A stretch of 64,000 bases of DNA, from contig NW_003314374.1 of assembly GCF_000143415.4 (NCBI RefSeq), forward strand, positions 476,030 to 540,029, read 5' to 3'. The notes beneath the pieces were generated by a model. The model had not been told where the DNA came from. It was given only the letters and a program-made list of their open reading frames with translations, and ran no database searches. Source of the DNA: Selaginella moellendorffii (Eukaryota; Plantae; Lycopodiophyta). Position numbers and translations under genes: made by a program. This document shows, piece by piece, positions 33,771 through 44,780 of this stretch (its first letter is position 1; every line of letters starts with the position of its first letter).

Positions 33771-35343
33771 CTATTTTTTGTCTCCGAGAGCCTTCTCAAT
33801 GTCTGCAAAGGAAACGGTTCCGGAGCCTCTTCTTGCGGGTTTTTGTTGAGAGGAATGTGGACTCCATCCTCCCATATAAATAACCTGTTTGTTCATAAAG
33901 TTAGTGAAGGGAAAAGGAACTTTAAACACACCTGAAAAGTCGCGGGGATTGATCCATCTTCCTCTCGAAACATGGACTCGTAAATGGCGGCCGCAGCCAA
34001 CGCAGTGTCTCGCTTCAAGATCTGTGAAAACGCAGTTTGCACAGGTTCAGAAAAGAAATATAAAGTCCAGCTTTGCTGACGTACCGGGTTTCGCTGAATC
34101 AGGCAGTTCATCTCACCCATTTGTCGGATGTGATCGATTAAGTCCATAGCTGAGAGGTAGCATATTAAGAGGCGATCGCATAAAAAAAGGTGGAAGATTT
34201 ACTGACCACTAGAATATTTCATAACGTAGTCCTGGATGTCCACAGCTGGAATTGCAAAGCCTGCCCGTGTTAAGAGATTTCCAGCATCACTGACCTGATG
34301 ATCAGCACTGCCAGGTTTAATCGGAAAAACTTGTCTAGCAAACTTACACGAGAGAATGGAGAAACTCGTGGACTGATTCCACCTTCTCTTTCCAGCTGAG
34401 CCAAATGACACGAGATTCTGAGCTCTCTGCGTCGAAGAAACAGTCCGGTGTGAAATTTAAAACGAGAAAGGTGAGAACGCACCGGAGAGTGTCTCCGCCA
34501 AAGATTGATGCCAGAAAGAAGCCGTCCGGTTTCAAGGCTTGTCGAAACTGCAGCAAAGATTCCATCATCACACATGGAAATCTTCCTAGAAAAATGAAAA
34601 CAAGATTTTCACTTACCTGTGTCATTGCACCAGGAACGTTGTTTACCCAGTGTAGTCCCAAGCAAGAAACAACCAAGTCCAGGGAGCTTAAAAGCCATGA
34701 AGTTAGTTTTTCAACTCTTCGTTTCACGCAAGTAGTACCCTGGTTTGATGGGAAGAAACTCCTCGTCGGCAACGAGATGGACGCACTCCATTTCAGAGGC
34801 GCTTGATTCCGCGCATTTGTTCAGCATTGGGAGTGATAGATCCATCATGAAAAGTTTCTCCACGCCGCCTGTATAGATCGATCTTTGCCATGAGCCAAGC
34901 TTTCACGAAAGCAAAGAAAGAAAATTACCTCTTCCTTTGAGAAGTTTTTGGACATAGTCCAGAGCTCCACCTACATTGAGAGCAACTGGAAATTGTCGCT
35001 TACAATCCTGGAAGAACGCAAAAATCTAAGAAAAAAGAACAAAGAAAGAAAAGATCGATGTGTGATTGTTACCAGGAGCCGATCGAGAAGAGTCTCAGTG
35101 ACGGATTCCATCAAAGAATTATCATCCGCGCGCAGCACCGCTGCCCTGTCCCTCTGGAAATAGGAGGAGAGAAATATTTCCCAGAGAGAAGAGAAGAGGT
35201 TCTAGCTCTCTAAGTACCTGGCTGCGCTTAAGCTTGCGATCGAAGATATTCATGGGCGCCTCGCCTGGATCTTGCGACGCCATCGCCAGAGCTCGCCGCC
35301 ATTCTCTCAGCGCCTGCCGCCGCGACGCCATCGCCATCGCCAT
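33771..35343 (-). CDS. NDUFAF5: NDUFAF5-like mitochondrial SAM-dependent enzyme
   Basis: [59 protein letters not shown] and [16 protein letters not shown]. Confidence 0.9.
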
Positions 35344-35418
35344 GGAGACCAAATTCCCGCGATGGAGAGAATATACCCTCTTCCCAGAGGCTAGGGTTTT
35401 TCATCCATCAGGCACAAA

Positions 35419-36528
35419 ATGGGAAATTTGTTCGTGAAGAAGCCTCGCGTCACGGATGTGGATCGGGCGATTCTCACGCTCAAGACGCAGCGGCGACGCC
35501 TCGCGCAGTATCAGCAGCAGGTTAGCGAGCAACCGCGGTGGAAGTTTTCTTCTCTCGCGATCGCGCATTTTGCTCACCCATTCGTCGCGTTTTCTAGGTC
35601 GAGATTGTGATCCAGAAGGAGCAGGATGCCGCGCGGCAGCTGGTTCGAGAGAAGAGGAAGGATCGAGCGTTGCTAGCTCTGAAGAAGAAGAAGGCGCAAG
35701 AAGAGCTACTCAAGCAAGTGGATGTTTGGCTTGTAAATGTCGAACAACAGGTAGAATTCGATCGAACTTTGGTATTGTCCATTGCTCACGGTTGGAAAAA
35801 AAAAAAATCACTTGACTTGCAGCTAGCAGATATCGAGATCGCTGCCAAGCAAAAGGCTGTTTTCGAGAGCCTCAAAGCTGGCACCCAAGCGATCAAAGAC
35901 CTCCAAAGCGAGATCAACATCGATGACGTCCAAAAGCTCATGGATGACACAGCGGAAGCCAAGGCTTACCAAGACGTGACGCTTCTATGCAATCTCTTTC
36001 TTTGCATGAATTCACAGAGCTTTTGCGCTTGTGTTGCAGGAAATCGATGCCGTGCTGGGACAGAAGCTCTCAACAGAAGACAACGAGGAAGTTCTAGCTG
36101 AACTTGCCGAGATGGAAGTGAAGGTATTACTCAACTCAATATTCCTCGCTCTCTCGTTTACTCGAAAGTTTCTTCTTTTTGTAGATGGCTCTGGAGGACA
36201 TGCCCGCCGTTCCAGACGTCCCGATGACGGACAGACCCGAAGCAGCGGAGCCAGCTAAAGTTCCAGTTGCCGAGCAAGCCGAGACACAATACTCCGACAT
36301 CGAGGCAGTGATGGGAAGCAACCAGAAGAAACTCGTAGAGGACGACGATGTAGATATGCTCGATCTTCCAGAAGTTCCCAGCACAATACAGAGAAGGAAA
36401 AAAGAAGCGGCCAAGGGTAAGTGCTTCCATCCATCTCAGAGGATTAAAAGCGTGTTCTTATCACCTCTTTTTCTTTTTTCGTTTTGTTCTTCTTTTTCGC
36501 AGCGCGCGTGGATCCATTGGTAGCGTAA
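35419..36528 (+). CDS. VPS20: ESCRT-III subunit VPS20/CHMP6
   Basis: Myristoylation-type start [43 protein letters not shown] and a C-terminal LPEVP. Confidence 0.92.
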
Positions 36529-37157
36529 GAACAGTAGGTGAGGCTCACGCCATTTTCTATGTTTGATTCTAACGGTTTGATAGGTTTGTAGATTTTATTA
36601 GGCGGCCACTGTTCCTGGCACCAAAAGCAGCCATTACGCGATTGTCTGTATTAACTTCTCTAGATTTAGCGGCATTTTTCCGCTTTCTTTTCCTTCTTGA
36701 TTGATTGACATTTGCCGCGGTACTTTGATGTTGGTTAGGTGCTCTCCTGATCATGACGTGTTTTTCTTCAGCCAGGTAAAACTTCCAAGGAATCGAGATT
36801 AGTTTAACTGCAAATCTCTAATACCGTTTTTTCTTAAGATGGCTGGACTGGACGGGTGATTTATTCAAAGCCAAAGACGACAATCACGCAATGCGGGCAG
36901 CGGAGAGATTGATGAAGCGGCCGGGATTTTTCCCTTTCACTCCATGAAGAAAGTAAAGTAGAAGAAAGCTCGGTGATTTCTAGTAAAACCATGCTTATAA
37001 GCCGATGGGTCGTGTGCAGGCCATGCATGGAGGAAGAGATGGCGATTAAAAAGGTGAGCCAACCCAGTGGTTGGTGCTAGCCGCCCTATTGGAAAAAGGA
37101 AGGAGGTGGTGGTGGTGGTGGTGGTGGCTTCTCTCTTTTAGGGGAAGAGGGAAGGCG

Positions 37158-38384
37158 ATGAAGCTCGAGGAGCCAAGGAGGCGGCGGCGGTGGTCGGGCG
37201 AGGACTGGGCGGTTCTCCCGTCGGAGCTCCTCGATCTCATCCTCCTCCGCCTCCCGCTGCTGGCCATCGTCCGAGCACGCAGCGTCTGCAAGAGCTGGAA
37301 CGACGCCATCCAATCGCCGGGCTTTGCTCACAGGAAAGCGCTGCTGGATCACGAGCTGGGCTGTGTCCCAAAAGGCTGGCTCGTCACTCTCATCGGGCGT
37401 TACAAGAAGAAATGGGTGTGGCTGTATGATCCGCGCTCGGGGCTTCGCCACCAGATCACGCTCCCGGCCTCGCTCAAGGGGACCTTTTACGAGGCGGTGG
37501 TCGTGGGTGGATTCATCTTCATCGAGGCCGGCTGCGTCAACTGCGATGACAACTTTTCGTCGAGGTACCTGGCCTGGAACCCGATCACCGGCTTCGTCAA
37601 GGAGCTCTTCGTCCCCCAGGCCGGCTGCCTCGCGGTGGTGTCCACGAACCGCAGCCTCAAAGTCTACTCGCTTAAACCCAGCGGCGGTGGTGAAGAGAGC
37701 AAGAAGATCTTGTCCGGCCTGGCGGGGTCGTGGCACAGGGTCGCCTTCCTCACTTACCGGAACCAGTTCTTCTTCGGTACGTACAGCAACGGGCTTGTCT
37801 ACAGCACTAAGGCCTTCCGTGACAGGACGCTCACGGCACAGGACATGATCACTTTGAAAATCTCGGGAGTGGAGCTTCCGCCGCAGCTGGAGAGGAAGTG
37901 CCGGTGGGGGCTCAAGCTTCTCAACTCGGAGGGGAGCTTGCTGCTGCTGGTGGCATGCACGCCGCTGAGGCGCGATGGGAACCGAATGCAAGTGTGGAGG
38001 CTCATCGATGGCGCTCCTCCGGGGGCGAGGTGGGAGTTTATCAGTGCGATGCCGGAGGAGTTTTACGAGCTGGTCTTCCGGGGCAAGGTGACGCAGCACA
38101 ACTGGAGGTGCGCGGCGGTGGATCATCTGGTGTACGTCTCGAGCTCGCACCGCCGGGTGGAGCAGCAGGAAGGGGTGGTGGTGCTGGACTTGAGGACTTC
38201 CAGGTGGAGCAACGTGGAGCCGGTTCACCACGAGAGGCAGCATTGCCCGTGGTCGGCTCCCGCTGCGTTTTATCCCTCGTTCGCTTCGCTGGACGACTCG
38301 GCCATGCCTCCGCAGCCAAAGTTCTCGCCGGAAGACGTTGGGACAAGCCAGCCGAGGCCGGCGTTTCTTCGATCAATGGTGTGA
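37158..38384 (+). CDS. F-box protein (kelch/FBA-type C-terminus), intronless and GC-rich
   Basis: F-box motif WAVLPSELLDLILLRLPLLAIVRARSVCKSWN, followed by a beta-rich region with YDP/WNP motifs. Confidence 0.85.
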   Translation: MKLEEPRRRRRWSGEDWAVLPSELLDLILLRLPLLAIVRARSVCKSWNDAIQSPGFAHRKALLDHELGCVPKGWLVTLIGRYKKKWVWLYDPRSGLRHQITLPASLKGTFYEAVVVGGFIFIEAGCVNCDDNFSSRYLAWNPITGFVKELFVPQAGCLAVVSTNRSLKVYSLKPSGGGEESKKILSGLAGSWHRVAFLTYRNQFFFGTYSNGLVYSTKAFRDRTLTAQDMITLKISGVELPPQLERKCRWGLKLLNSEGSLLLLVACTPLRRDGNRMQVWRLIDGAPPGARWEFISAMPEEFYELVFRGKVTQHNWRCAAVDHLVYVSSSHRRVEQQEGVVVLDLRTSRWSNVEPVHHERQHCPWSAPAAFYPSFASLDDSAMPPQPKFSPEDVGTSQPRPAFLRSMV

Positions 38385-38519
38385 GGTCTGTGGAGATTTG
38401 GAAGAGAGATTGGAGCTCTGACTGTGTTTTTTGCTTTCCTTTGCAAGGCGATAAGAAGAAGAAAAAAGAGTACACAAGTCTTATCCTGCGAGTTGGAGGT
38501 AACCAAATCGGTTTTGCTT

Positions 38520-38849
38520 CTAACTGTAATGCTGCTTTGGCCAGATGAACCGACTGCCTTTCTTGTCCAAGTGCTCGTTCTCCGTTGCGTCAATCGGGTC
38601 TTGATCGTCCTCGCCGTGATTCACTTTATTTTGCGACCACTGCAAAGATGTCAGTTCAGTCCACCCTTTTTCTTTCCGGAACATTTTTTCATTCCTCTCG
38701 GTTCGCGTTTTGTTTACCATTTCCACGAGTACTTTGTACTTGAGGTCCATCAAGTTTAGCTTCTCCTTGAGGTTCTTCATCTCCTGTTCTTGCCTGGCGT
38801 ACTTGATGATCTCCCTCTCCTGTTTGATCGTCAACAGGTTGCTATCCAT
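38520..38849 (-). CDS. Hypothetical coiled-coil protein exon
   Basis: Charged heptad-like ORF (EREIIKYARQEQEMKNLKEKLNLMDLKY). The upstream exons were not resolved. Confidence 0.35.
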   Translation of the reverse strand: MDSNLLTIKQEREIIKYARQEQEMKNLKEKLNLMDLKYKVLVEMVNKTRTERNEKMFRKEKGWTELTSLQWSQNKVNHGEDDQDPIDATENEHLDKKGSRFIWPKQHYS

Positions 38850-39328
38850 TTCGAGTCGAGCGGGTTTACCAGTGAGACTTTCTCCTTCCGGAGCCGTAAA
38901 ACTTCCTCGTGCATTTTTCCCGCGGTGGGCTCACTCACTGGAGAAACAGGAAGAGATTCAGCGCAAGAAGCAAAACGAGAATCGATTTTTTCCTCCGACC
39001 TGGACACCAGTGCCCGTGAGAATTGCACTGGAACTGCTGGCTGTTGAGATTGATCGTGATCGGCTCGAGAGTGGTGTCCAGTTTCTTGACATTCATCACC
39101 TCGCTCGGAATTTGCTGCTGCTGTGGCGAGGAAACTCTCTTTCTCATCAAATCTCTGCACAAAAAATGTAAGAACCAGAGAATCAAATCTATGAATGAAT
39201 GTTACTTGAAGAATCCCATTGCGAGAAGATCAAGCTCTTTGTTTGTTTCAGAGGAGCCCTAATCAGATGGACCAACGGCCGTGTCACAGTCATGTGAAAG
39301 TGACATGGTAGTTGGGCCGAGAATACCG

Positions 39329-39395
39329 GCCGACTGGTGCCACGTGGCTGCATGCCATCGAAGAGAGATTTTTAGGGCTCATTTGGAAACCCTAA
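39329..39395 (+). promoter_or_regulatory. Stress-type promoter motifs upstream of the CML gene
   Basis: GCCGAC (DRE/CRT core), palindromic GCCACGTGGC G-box/ABRE and telo-box AAACCCTAA. Confidence 0.45.
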
Positions 39396-39406
39396 CAGCG
39401 CTGGGG

Positions 39407-40334
39407 ATGGGCATCAAGGGGAGCAAGGATGTGCAATTGAATGACGTCTCCAAGATCGAGAGGAGAATGGTGGAGGCGATGCGCAAGCGCGCCAAGGCTG
39501 GACCATCGCCCTTCAAATCCTTCAACAGCATTCTCATGAAATTCCCAAAGATTGACAAGTCCTTCGAGCAAGTGAGGGGCGTCTTCAAGAAATTTGGTAA
39601 CTTCCCCTCTCTCTCTTTCGCGATAGCTTTGCTTATAAGATCCGTGTTCTTTGGATCTATCGCATCGCAGACAAGGATGATAGTGGAACCATCGATCTGG
39701 AGGAACTCAAGACGTGCTTCCGAGAGCTCCAGGTGGAGTTTACTGATACCGAGGTGAAAGCGTTCCATGAGGAGAGCGACATGGACAAGAGCAAAGGTGT
39801 GGACTTCAAGGAGTTTATCATCGTTCTAGCGTTGGTTTATCTGCTGGGCGAGACTGGCGCCAAGCCCGTCAAGCAAAAAGAGGAGGACAAAGGCAAGGGG
39901 TCTCAACTGAAAAATCTCGTAAGTGCTAAGCTTTCCTCTTGCTGCTTTTTGTTCTTCCAAGCTGAGAACCTTCTCTAGAAATCTCGCATTGGTTTAGCGG
40001 AGCTTGAGTCGACTTTCGAGACGATTGTAGACACTTTCAGGTTTTTCGACAAGGATGGCGATGGCTACGTGAGCAGGAAGGAGATGATCACGGCCATTAA
40101 CGAGGCTTCTCCGGGGCAGTCCTCGTCGGGCGAGAGCATCGGCGTCAAGAGATTTGGTAACTCTCAAGAAAAAACCAGAAACTTCCGTAACTTTCTTCAT
40201 GCTTCTCGTACTCGACAGAGGAAATGGATTGGGACAAGAATGGGATGATCACGTTTAAGGAGTTTCTGTTTGCTTTTACTGATTGGGTTGGGATCGAAGA
40301 AGAAGAAGATGCAGACGAAGACGAGGAAGAATGA
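39407..40334 (+). CDS. Calmodulin-like protein, CML21-like
   Basis: MGxxxS start, KSFNSILMKFPKID, and four EF-hands (DKDDSGTID, DMDKSKGVD, DKDGDGYVS, DWDKNGMIT). Confidence 0.9.
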
Positions 40335-40611
40335 AACGTGAAGCCAAACTCGTTGTCCGGATGAGTTTTTTTTTTTTTTGTTCTCCTAACACATTCTCTG
40401 GAGGTAATTCGCTACTAGACCAAAGGTGGACATCGCTTTAGAGGTCCCTCCCTTGACAAGCTTGATATGATTTACTAGCAATATAAACAACAGCATTTGA
40501 TCCCAAGTAACTCAGGAAACCTGTGCCAGAAACAGAAACGGGAAGAGAATTGAAATACAATACCCTGAGGGATGCCATGCTACGTAACTTCGATCATGGC
40601 CACACAAACAC

Positions 40612-42408
40612 TTAACTTGCAAAGTTTGTGAGCATGTTGTGGAGTAGAGAGTATGCACCAAGGTGGCATGGGTTCAACTGCAGAACACGCCGCACAATCC
40701 TGCACCCCAGACAGAAGTCATTCTGCATTCTGCACGCACCCAGCAGCGCCATGTACGTTTCTACATCAACTTCAAACGGAATCACCCGAATCAACTCATC
40801 GGCTTGAGTTAGCCACCCCGCCCTCGCCAGGAGATCCACAACACACGCGTAGTGTTCCACCGCTTGAGAGATCTTTCGGTCATCGGCCATGGAGGAAAAG
40901 AAGTCTCTTCCTCGATCAATCATCCCCGCGTGGCTGCATGCAGTGAGAAGGCACACGTAAGTTACAGCGTCGAAATCCACCCCGTGGAGCTCCATTTCGA
41001 GATAAAGCTCGAAAAACTCCGGGAGTCTGGATTCGTGAGCGTATGCCGCCAGCGTCGTCGTCCATGCGCAAGAATCCGGAATTCTTTGCTCCTCGATGAT
41101 CCTCTGAGCTCGATCCGGGAAGCCACACCCGCAGTACATCTCCACGACCGCGATCGCGAGCTTTGAATCGCGAGCGAGCGTGATGGAGCCTTGGCGATCG
41201 ATACGAGCGTGGATCTCGCAGCCCAGATCAAAATCTCTGGCTTGCGAGCACGACGCTAGCACGCTCTGGAATGTGATCTCGTTGGGTTCCAGCGCTGATT
41301 CCATTCTCTGGAAGAGATGGATCACTTCACGGTGATTGCCCTGTTGGACGTACGCTGAAATGATAGAGTTCCAGCTTACAACATCTCTGTTCTTGATCAA
41401 ATCGAAAACTTTCCTTGCGTCTTCTACGCAGCCACACTTGCCGTAGAGATTGATGAGCGAATTCGCCACGAATTCATTCTCTTCCAGCATCGATCTTCTC
41501 TTTTGATCCCTCGCGATCATCCTGTGTATCTGTCGGCCCTCTTCTAGGCACCTCAAGATCGAGCACGCATTTAGAACCGCAACGAACGTCACCGCATCAG
41601 GATGGATCTCTCGGATGCTGGCCATTTCTCTGTAGATCTCGAGCGCTCTGGCCGGATGCCCCGATCGTGTGTAGGCCGATATGATCGCCGTCCAGACGTG
41701 GGCGCTTCTCGATCTGTGCTTGATCCGATCAAACACCCCTCTCGCCTCGTCCAGCCTACCGCATTTGCCGTAGAAATCGATGAGCGCGCTCGCCACGATC
41801 GCGTTCTCTTCCAGCCCCATGGATCGAACCTGGCAGTGGATGATCTTTCCCTGCGAGAGATCCAGCAGTCCACAGCACGCAGCGATGGCATTGACGAACG
41901 TCGCGGGCGTCGGCCGCAAATCCATCTCTTTGTATAGCTCCAAAGCCTTGCCAAAATGTCCACACTGGGTATTTGCTCTAATCATCGTGTTCCAAGATAT
42001 TACGTTTCTTTCTTTTACATTTTCAAATATATTCCTCGCTAGATCTAAGAAACCGCAATTCGAATACATGTTCATCAGCGCATTTGCAACTGCGGCATTG
42101 GATTCGAGATTTCTTTCTCGAATCTTTGAGTGGAGTGCTTTGCCCTGTGTTAGATCCTTGCTCGATGAGCAGGCGTCCAGAGCGGCGGTGTAGGTGAAGG
42201 CATCGGGATGGAATCCCTGCGATTCCAGCTCATGGTAGAGGTGGATCGCTTGGCGGCCATGTCCATTTCGGGCATAAGCAGTGATGATGGCAGTCCACGA
42301 CACTAAATCTTTGTTGGGGATGGCATCAAAAACATCCCACGCGCGCTGCAAGCTGCCGCATTTGCCATACATTTTTATCAGTGTGGTGGCTTGTGCTAAT
42401 AGCACCAT
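40612..42408 (-). CDS. PLS-class PPR protein with an E extension and no DYW; probably 5'-truncated
   Basis: Repeated MYGKCG..A..VFD..DVVSW..I.AY and P..TF...L.AC motifs, plus EHYACVVDLLARAGWL. The ORF starts mid-repeat next to TE-derived DNA. Confidence 0.8.
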   Translation of the reverse strand: MVLLAQATTLIKMYGKCGSLQRAWDVFDAIPNKDLVSWTAIITAYARNGHGRQAIHLYHELESQGFHPDAFTYTAALDACSSSKDLTQGKALHSKIRERNLESNAAVANALMNMYSNCGFLDLARNIFENVKERNVISWNTMIRANTQCGHFGKALELYKEMDLRPTPATFVNAIAACCGLLDLSQGKIIHCQVRSMGLEENAIVASALIDFYGKCGRLDEARGVFDRIKHRSRSAHVWTAIISAYTRSGHPARALEIYREMASIREIHPDAVTFVAVLNACSILRCLEEGRQIHRMIARDQKRRSMLEENEFVANSLINLYGKCGCVEDARKVFDLIKNRDVVSWNSIISAYVQQGNHREVIHLFQRMESALEPNEITFQSVLASCSQARDFDLGCEIHARIDRQGSITLARDSKLAIAVVEMYCGCGFPDRAQRIIEEQRIPDSCAWTTTLAAYAHESRLPEFFELYLEMELHGVDFDAVTYVCLLTACSHAGMIDRGRDFFSSMADDRKISQAVEHYACVVDLLARAGWLTQADELIRVIPFEVDVETYMALLGACRMQNDFCLGCRIVRRVLQLNPCHLGAYSLLHNMLTNFAS

Positions 42409-43249
42409 AAAAGAAGCTAACCATAAGGCTTGGACTTGCCACCTTTTTCTCCTAGAGGTCCTGGGTTCAATATTTAAAACAAGATTTAAAACATATAAGA
42501 TTGAATTGATTCTATAAATATGCTCATGCTTGCACTAATTTTCCTAAGGTCTTATACTAGCAAATGATTATAGGATGGAGGTTTTGTTTGAGAATACCTA
42601 CCTGAAATAGTCCGGAAATCTTAGAACCATCCCCAATGCCTATCAAAAGCTACAATTGTTGAGGATCAAGGAGACGAAGAATTATCAAAAGCTTTAAGCT
42701 TTTGCATTTTAATTTTTTCTTATGTTTGTGGTTAGCTTTTACAAAATTTCTTTTCCCTTTTTAACAAAGGGGAGAATTCTTTTATTTTCCTTTAGTTGAA
42801 GGGAAACTCACCACCCTTCAAATTTATGTCTTGCACCTTAGCACAATAGAATAGAGTGGGTGGCACCATTTGGCCCACCCTTGACTAACATGGCAAAACC
42901 CTAGTGAACCCAGTTATAATCACTTGTCCCAGTAACATCAATTGTATGCAAACATGCTGACTTGAAAACTAGTTTCTTTGTCACCACCACCAGATTTATA
43001 CTCCCTTACATTGAGAGACTTGTGCTGGAGCTCATGGATCTTGACGACTGTGGACATTGAGGCCAGTTGAGCATACAATCCCAGCTTCACCATCCAGCCA
43101 TAGGGGATGGCCCTCGATGTATCTTCTTCTTCCCAGTTTTTCCAAATTTTCTAGGATCATTATTTTCATCCTTGATGTATCCTTTTGGTTCCATAATAAA
43201 GGCTCTACTTTGCTAAGTTTAGAGGGTGTTCACTTATAGTAAATGTAAG

Positions 43250-43832
43250 TTCTTGAGTTTGGACTTCCCATCACCTAGCCTAATACTATTCAAACTTAAG
43301 GACACTTAATCTTAAATATCCTAAAACTCTTAACCGAATGGAAAAGGAGGTGCATTTTTGTTCATGGGCCCTTTCCCTTTATATTTGAACCCTATAGATC
43401 GTCTCTTAAATTGTTTTTTTTAGTTATTTTATAATCCACCATGCTTCCCTGCAAGTTCATGCCTTCCTGAACGGAAGTTGAGAGCTGCAACTCTCCTGAG
43501 AGCCCCGCTCTCTTGACACCCTACCCCTTGAGTCAAGCCCAACGGGAGCAAATTGGACCTGCCAAATGTCAATTAACATGTGGTGTGATTCCCCTAGCCA
43601 ACCAACAAAGTCAGACCCAAGACCCTTTTGATACAACATGTAAACTCCTAAGTTTGGACTTCCCGAGAGGTCACTTAACTTAGTACTATTCAAACCCAAA
43701 GACGCTTAACCCCAAATATCCCAAGATTTTTAACCGATTGGAAAAAGGGGTGCATTCTTGTTTATGGGCCCTTTCCCTCTATATTTAAACGCTATGGATC
43801 ATGTCTCAAATCGTTCTTTTTGGTTGTTTATA
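43250..43832. repeat. Diverged direct repeat of ~180 bp (43250-43433 and 43645-43832), probably TE-derived
   Basis: Both copies share AGTTTGGACTTCCC...TACTATTCAAAC...GGTGCATT.TTGTT.ATGGGCCCTTTCCCT.TATATTT. Confidence 0.7.
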
Positions 43833-44780
43833 GTAAATCTCCATAATATTTTCTATTGTGGGCTTTATCTAAGCCCAACCTAAGGAATAAGGTTCTTAGT
43901 TCAAAATGTTGATTTAAACTATTGGTAATGGTGTGGCTTGGTCAAGGTGACCAAGTGGGAAAGACATCTAAGGGAAATGAACTACGATAATATAATGGTA
44001 TCATGAGTTCAAAAAAATAATCTCTATAGAAAGACTCATGGGTGAGTCGCAAACTTCACAAGGATTTTATCTTTATTTAGCCATAAAATCACTTAGTGAT
44101 CTAACTTTGACACTTTAATAAATTTGCTAATAGGTACTAAGTCTTCCAGAACTTTAAGTTGTTGACCATGACCCTAAAGACATCCCCTACACTTGGCAGT
44201 GCGCCCAAATCAACCCTTTTGGCCAGAGGTTCATAGCAACTAAGCTTGGTTTTTTCTATTTCATTCACCACATCCTTAGTGCCACTTGCACCAAAGTGTT
44301 CAAGTTAGATATTTTAAGCTTTAACACTAAGTAATATAACTATGCATCACGACTCTAAGCCATCCCCCACTTGGCAATATGCCCAAGCTAGTCTCTTTAT
44401 TGAGAGCCCATTATGATCGAAAAATCAATGTCCTCATATTCTAAACTATCACCATACCTTAGTGAATGGGTTGCTTGGGTTACTTGAACCCAAGCACTAA
44501 AGGGTTGGGACTCAAACCCAACCTCTGTATATGCATCTACGGATAGCATCACCTAGAATAACTAGTGTGACTCCCCACACCGGTGCACCAATTTAATCCC
44601 AAAATGTGCTATTGATCACAATTTATGAACTTAATTCCTCCGAATTGCTAAGTCCTCTCATCTAACAAGTCTATGATCATGCATGGACTCCTCCATGCTC
44701 GGCCCTATAGGCTACCCTTTTGAAGTCAACACCTTCATCTAGGGTCTTTGTTCCCTTGACTTGTCAATCTTGCTTAGCAA

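Noticed and set aside
37086-38243. 385-aa antisense ORF over the F-box gene
   Set aside because: Expected from GC-rich codon usage. The poly-Trp/poly-Pro ends come from a (TGG)n microsatellite.
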